From the NCBI GenBank assembly GCA_963796055.1, contig CAWCKH010000001.1, positions 160,001 through 224,000 of the forward strand: 64,000 nt of DNA. The letters are read 5' to 3'. The notes beneath the pieces were generated by a model, which was not told the DNA's origin, made no database searches, and saw only the letters and a program-made list of their open reading frames with translations. This stretch comes from an uncultured delta proteobacterium (GTDB lineage: Bacteria; Myxococcota; Myxococcia; Myxococcales; Myxococcaceae). A program made the position numbers and the translations under genes. Positions within the stretch are counted from its first letter, which is position 1. Every line of letters begins with the position of its first letter. Below, piece after piece: positions 56,619-64,000 of the stretch.

Positions 56619-57724
56619 CGCGGGTGGTGCACCTCCGCTCGGGGCACGGCCTGTACGGGGCCGAGCGCTCGCTGCTCGCGCTCGCCGCCGCGACCCAGCC
56701 TCCCCTGGCGCCGGTGGTGGCGAGCCTCGTCCGCCCGGGCCACGCGGATGCCCTGGGCGATGGAGCGCGGAAGCTCGGGCTGGAGACGGTCCGGGTGGAG
56801 GCCCCGGGCCGGCTGTCGTGGCGCGCCCTCGAGCCCATCGCCCGGCTCGCGAGAGGCGGGCTGCTGCACGCCCACGACTACAAGAGCCTGCTCCTGGCCC
56901 TCGCGGCCGGGGCCGCCACCCGCGCCCCGGTGGTGGCCACCTTCCACGGGGACACCGGGCACCTGCCCCGGGTCCGTGCCTACGAGGCGCTCGCCCGTCG
57001 CGCCGCGCGCTGGACCTCCGGCGTGGCGGTGACCTCGGACGTCCTCGCCGCCCAGCTCCGTGCCGCCGCCCCACGCACCCCGGTGGAGGTCATCCCCAAC
57101 GGGATCCAGGTCGGTCCACTTCCCACGGAACGCGAACGGCGTGTCGCCCGGGAGGCGCTCGACATCCCGGCCGGAGCGCAGGTGGTGGCCTTCGTCGGCC
57201 GGCTCTCCCCCGAGAAGGCCCCCGAGGTCCTGCTCCAGGCCGCGCAGGGCGTGGACGTCTCCCTGCTCTACGCGGGCGACGGTCCACTCCGCGCCGCGCT
57301 CGAGGCCGAGGCGGCCGGGACCCGGACCCGGTTCCTCGGCTTCGTTCCCGAGGTGGGACGGGTGCTCGCAGCCGCGGACGTGCTCGCCCTGCCCTCGCGT
57401 ACCGAGGGGCTCCCGATGGCCGTCCTCGAGGCCATGGCCGCCGGCGTCCCGGTCGTGGCCAGCGCGGTGGGCTCGCTGCCCGAGGTGCTCGGGGGCGGCG
57501 CCGGGGTGCTGGTGCCGCCGGGCGAGGTGGAGGCGCTCCGGGGTGCGCTCCGCCACCTCGCCGACTCCGGCCGGCGTCGGGTGCTGTCCGTGACGGCGCG
57601 GGTGCGGGTGGAGTCACGTTACGGGGCGGCGGCGATGGCCCGGAGCTACCTCGAGCGGCTCTATCAACCGGCGCTGGAGAGGGCGCGCCGGCGGAACCGC
57701 GCGCCCGAGCTCCAGCCACGGTAG
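56615..57724 (+). CDS. GT4 glycosyltransferase
   Basis: LYGAER, HAHDYKS, IPNGI, GRLSPEK, PSRTEGLPMAVLEAMA; ATGA overlap. Confidence 0.9.
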   Translation: MTRVVHLRSGHGLYGAERSLLALAAATQPPLAPVVASLVRPGHADALGDGARKLGLETVRVEAPGRLSWRALEPIARLARGGLLHAHDYKSLLLALAAGAATRAPVVATFHGDTGHLPRVRAYEALARRAARWTSGVAVTSDVLAAQLRAAAPRTPVEVIPNGIQVGPLPTERERRVAREALDIPAGAQVVAFVGRLSPEKAPEVLLQAAQGVDVSLLYAGDGPLRAALEAEAAGTRTRFLGFVPEVGRVLAAADVLALPSRTEGLPMAVLEAMAAGVPVVASAVGSLPEVLGGGAGVLVPPGEVEALRGALRHLADSGRRRVLSVTARVRVESRYGAAAMARSYLERLYQPALERARRRNRAPELQPR

Positions 57725-58881
57725 AGCTCGACCAGTCGTGCACCGATGTGCCGCCAGTCGAACTGCTGGGCCACCTGCCACGCAGCCTCGGCGAGCCGGG
57801 CCCCCAGCTCGGGCTCGCGACGCAGCCGGATGAGGGCCTCGACGAACGCCTCGGGGGACTCGGCATGGAGCAGGTGCCTGCCGTGGACGAACGGCAGCCC
57901 CTCGGTCGCGAGTCCGGTGGCGACGATGGGCACCCGCGCTGCGGCGGCCTCCAGGACCTTCAGCCGGGTGCCGGAGCCCGCCCGCAGGGGCATGGCGGTG
58001 GCGAAGGAGCGTGCCAGCCACGGCGCGACGTCGGGCACCCGCCCGGTCACCTCGATGTCCAGCGCAGCCAGCGCACGGACCTGGTCGGGAGGCTTCCGCC
58101 CGATGAGCGCGAGGCGGAGCCCGGGGCATCTCACCCGGAATCCCGGCCAGATCTCCCGGGCGAGCACGGTGGCGGCGTCGACGTTGGGACGCCAGTCGAA
58201 CGAGCCGACGAAGGCCACGGTGTCCCGGGGCTCGACCGAGACCGGAAGCGGGCGCAGCTCGACGCCATTGGAGACCACATGGACCTCGCGGGCGCCGGAC
58301 CGGCGAAGCAGGGCGCCGTCGAGCTCGGAGCAGCAGAGCACCGCGTCCAGGCCCCGGACGACCCGCCTCTCGAGGCGGGCGATGGCCTCGGCCTGGCGCC
58401 GGAGGCCGAGGCTCAGCGGCCAAGGGGAGACCTCGGCCAGCCGCTCCGCCACCTGTGCCTCGACGTTGTGGGCGTCCATCACCACCCGCGCCCGGGGCGC
58501 CAGGGCCCGCGCCTCGGGGAGGAGCTGCGCGGCGTGCAGGTGGTCGAAGTGGATGAGATCGACGCTCTGCTCGGTGAGAAGGTGACGGAACGCCGAGCGG
58601 AGCGCGGGGCCGGCGTAGCGCGCGTACCCGAACGGGCGCCCCCGGAGCACGCCGCCGGCCTCGGCCCAGATCCAGGCCGGACTGCCGCCCCCCTCGGGCG
58701 CGGTGACCACTGGCCCCCGGAGCTGCTCACGCAACCGCACGGCGTCGCCGCCCGGCAGGTCGGGCGCCAGGACGGTCACCTCGAAGGCAGCGTCGAGGGC
58801 CTTCAGGAGCTGGAGCGCACGGAGCGTCCCACCGGAATCGGCGGGGAAGGGGACCCTGGGGGCGACAATCAGAAGTTTCAC
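57664..58881 (-). CDS. GT4 glycosyltransferase
   Basis: PFPADSGG, HNVE, SNGV, FVGSFDWRPN, GSGTRLKVLEA; convergent 61-nt overlap with the previous gene. Confidence 0.88.
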   Translation of the reverse strand: MKLLIVAPRVPFPADSGGTLRALQLLKALDAAFEVTVLAPDLPGGDAVRLREQLRGPVVTAPEGGGSPAWIWAEAGGVLRGRPFGYARYAGPALRSAFRHLLTEQSVDLIHFDHLHAAQLLPEARALAPRARVVMDAHNVEAQVAERLAEVSPWPLSLGLRRQAEAIARLERRVVRGLDAVLCCSELDGALLRRSGAREVHVVSNGVELRPLPVSVEPRDTVAFVGSFDWRPNVDAATVLAREIWPGFRVRCPGLRLALIGRKPPDQVRALAALDIEVTGRVPDVAPWLARSFATAMPLRAGSGTRLKVLEAAAARVPIVATGLATEGLPFVHGRHLLHAESPEAFVEALIRLRREPELGARLAEAAWQVAQQFDWRHIGARLVELYRGWSSGARFRRRALSSAG

Positions 58882-59002
58882 GCGAAGAGGGCTTGCGATT
58901 CCTGGAAGCCGGGGTGAAACCTGCGTTCCACCGGCCGCCGCGCCAAGGGGAGCTCGGAGGACGGGTCTCACTCCTTGGACCGACCCCTCACAGGAGTGTC
59001 CG

Positions 59003-59584
59003 ATGATTCACGAACTGGCGCGCAACTGGGGCTGGATCGCGCTGCGCGGTGTCCTGGCAATTCTCTTCGGAATCCTCGCCGTCGCCTGGCCCAGCTCGGC
59101 CTTCGCGGCGATCGTCATCCTCTTCGGCGCCTACGCCTTCGTCGATGGCGTGTTCGCCCTGGTGGCGCTGTTCCGGGGCGCGGGGAGAGACCGTTTCTGG
59201 ATCCTGGTCTTCGAGGCCATCGTGGGGATCGGCATCGGCGTCCTCACCGTCGTCCGGCCCGCCGCCACGGCGCTGGCGCTGCTCTACTACGTGGGCATCT
59301 GGGCCATCCTGACCGGCATCTTCGAGGTGGTCGCGGCGGTGCGCTTGCGGAAGGAGATCACCGGAGAGTTCTGGCTGGGACTGGCCGGCGTGCTCTCCAT
59401 CGCCTTCGGGGTCCTGCTCTTCGCCACCCCGGAATCGGCGGGGCTGGCGCTGACCCTGTGGATCGGCGCCTACGCGATCGTCTTCGGGGTCATGCTGCTG
59501 CTGCTCGCCTTCCGGCTCCGGCGCTTCGCCGAGGGGCACCGGCCGACGCCGAGCACGACGACACCGGCAAGCGTCACCCGCTGA
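59003..59584 (+). CDS. hdeD: HdeD/DUF308 membrane protein
   Basis: AGGAG RBS; W..LRGVLAILFG repeat pattern, about 6 TM helices. Confidence 0.85.
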   Translation: MIHELARNWGWIALRGVLAILFGILAVAWPSSAFAAIVILFGAYAFVDGVFALVALFRGAGRDRFWILVFEAIVGIGIGVLTVVRPAATALALLYYVGIWAILTGIFEVVAAVRLRKEITGEFWLGLAGVLSIAFGVLLFATPESAGLALTLWIGAYAIVFGVMLLLLAFRLRRFAEGHRPTPSTTTPASVTR

Positions 59585-59600
59585 GCAGCGGCGCCCGGCC

Positions 59601-62465
<2,865 letters not shown>

Positions 62466-62548
62466 GGCAGGCGCATTCAACGCGAACCCCGCATGTCCTG
62501 GCGAGGTTCTCGCAAGCACCCCCGGATCAGGAGCACCGGAGGTCCTGG

Positions 62549-62568
62549 AGGCGCATCTTTTGCGCCAA
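62549..62568. promoter_or_regulatory. Palindromic sigma54-like -24/-12 element readable on both strands
   Basis: + strand AGGCGCATCTTTTGC; - strand TTGGCGCAAAAGATGC; both fit GG-N10-GC; lies between the divergent dehydrogenase and ppdK. Confidence 0.45.
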
Positions 62569-62622
62569 CCCGGCCCTCACGCGCGAAAGCACCGTGGCAC
62601 CCCTGACAGGAGGCACCCTCCG

Positions 62623-64000
62623 ATGACCACCCCCGCCATCCGCCGCAGCCGGACCTCGAGCCCACTCCTGACCGCAGCGCGCCCCACCCGCAAGCGGGGC
62701 GGGACCGAGGCCCGACCGCTCGTCTTCCGGTTCGATCAGCTCCCCGAGGTGAAGCGAACGGCCAGGACCTGGGACGAGGTCAAGGCCCTCCTCGGCGGCA
62801 AGGGCGCCAACCTGGCGGAGATGACGCGGCTCGGGCTCCCCGTTCCACCGGGCTTCACCGTGACCACCGAGGCCTGCCGCGCGTTCCTCGAGACCGGCAA
62901 CTGGCCGAAAGGGCTGTGGGACGCAGAGTTCGCCGCCCTGCGGGAGCTGGAGAAGCGTACCGGGAAACGGTTCGGCGATCCCACCAACCCGCTGCTGGTC
63001 TCCTGCCGTTCGGGCGCCAAGTTCTCGATGCCCGGGATGATGGACACCGTCCTCAACATCGGGCTGAACGCCCAGACGGTGGAGGGTCTGGCCGTCCTCA
63101 CCGAGGACGCACGGTTCGCCTGGGACGCGTACCGCCGGCTGATCCAGATGTACGGCACGGTGGTGCTGGGCGTCCGCGACGAGCCCTTCGAGCAGGTGCT
63201 GGCCGAGTGGCGGACCCGGCGCCGGGTGGAGAACGACGCCGACCTCGCCGCCGAGGACCTCCGCACCATCGCCGACCGCTTCCGGGCCATCGTGCGCGAG
63301 CAGTCGGGCCGCGAGTTCCCGGACGATCCAGTGGAGCAGCTGCGGCTGGCGACCGAGGCGGTGTTCCGCTCGTGGCAGGGAAAGCGGGCCCAGGATTACC
63401 GGCGCGCCGCGGGCATCCCCGACGACCTCGGGACCGCGGTGAACATCGTGGCCATGGTGTTCGGCAACATGGGTCGCAGCTCGGCGACAGGGGTGGCCAC
63501 CACCCGTAACGTGTCCACCGGCGAGGACGCGCTCGAGGGCGACTACCTGATCAACGCCCAGGGCGAGGACGTGGTGGCGGGCATCCGCTCCACCCAGCCC
63601 ATCGCCCGGCTGGCCGACGAGATGCCGGAAGCATTCACCGAGCTGCAGCGCATCGCCCGGCTGCTGGAGAAGCACTACCGGGAGGTTCAGGACATCGAGT
63701 TCACCGTGGAGCAGGGCAAGCTCTGGATGCTCCAGACCCGCGACGCCAAGCGCACCGCCCGCGCCGCGGTCAGGATCGCCTTGGACCTGGCGAAGGAGAA
63801 GCTCATCACCCGGGAGGAAGCGGTGCTTCGGGTCACCCCCGAGCACGTCGACTTCTTCCTCCACCCTCAGTTCAACCCGGAGTCGATGCGCACCGCGCGA
63901 AGCGAGCGGCGGCTGCTGGCCAGTGGGCTCAACGTCTCGCCCGGCGCGGCGGTGGGCCAGCTCGCCTTCGACGCCGACACCGCCGAGTGCTGGGCGAAGC
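62623..64000 (+). CDS. ppdK: Pyruvate phosphate dikinase (5' part; runs off the window, absent from the ORF track)
   Basis: AGGAGG RBS; manual translation gives LLGGKGANLAEM..LGLPVPPGFTVTT, RSGAKFSMPGMMDTVLNIG, AQGEDVVAGIR, QDIEFT, LQTR. Confidence 0.96.
   Translation, partial: MTTPAIRRSRTSSPLLTAARPTRKRGGTEARPLVFRFDQLPEVKRTARTWDEVKALLGGKGANLAEMTRLGLPVPPGFTVTTEACRAFLETGNWPKGLWDAEFAALRELEKRTGKRFGDPTNPLLVSCRSGAKFSMPGMMDTVLNIGLNAQTVEGLAVLTEDARFAWDAYRRLIQMYGTVVLGVRDEPFEQVLAEWRTRRRVENDADLAAEDLRTIADRFRAIVREQSGREFPDDPVEQLRLATEAVFRSWQGKRAQDYRRAAGIPDDLGTAVNIVAMVFGNMGRSSATGVATTRNVSTGEDALEGDYLINAQGEDVVAGIRSTQPIARLADEMPEAFTELQRIARLLEKHYREVQDIEFTVEQGKLWMLQTRDAKRTARAAVRIALDLAKEKLITREEAVLRVTPEHVDFFLHPQFNPESMRTARSERRLLASGLNVSPGAAVGQLAFDADTAECWAK

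Overview
This is a very GC-rich, gene-dense chromosomal segment. Gene content and order point to a myxobacterium (Myxococcota, Myxococcus/Anaeromyxobacter-like); this is my inference. I can support about 57 CDS, mostly on the + strand. From left to right: ECF sigma/anti-sigma pair, truD, Zn-ribbon-FHA-GAF-adenylate cyclase, ABC1 kinase, mutS, amidase, glnD, KGG stress protein, yciO-xerD-trpS-scpA-scpB-rluB, cNMP-binding protein, rtcA, sppA, apbC/mrp, an acyl-CoA metabolism block (hbd, crotonase, three acyl-CoA dehydrogenases, liu-like leucine genes, meaB), rnc-2x cyclophilin-era-der-yfgM-bamB-NUDIX-YprB-like nuclease. The last ~11 kb looks more accessory: an SCO-cytochrome c-YHS fusion, an MBL hydrolase, three GT4 glycosyltransferases, hdeD, and an Fe-S D-lactate dehydrogenase divergent from a ppdK that runs off the window. 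I found no supportable tRNA, rRNA, CRISPR array, IS element or prophage, and no clear-cut novel multi-gene system. The best leads are: (1) the orphan SCO-cyt c-YHS triple fusion; (2) a ~450 bp structured, GTTT-motif-rich intergenic region at 36.5-37.0 kb; (3) an RtcA with altered active-site residues; (4) a ~380 aa RGG tail on RluB; (5) a Tim44-Zn-ribbon-TerB protein; (6) compact promoter architecture, with stop codons doubling as -35/-10 boxes and a palindromic two-way sigma54-like site. All family calls come from reading motifs by eye, not from database searches.
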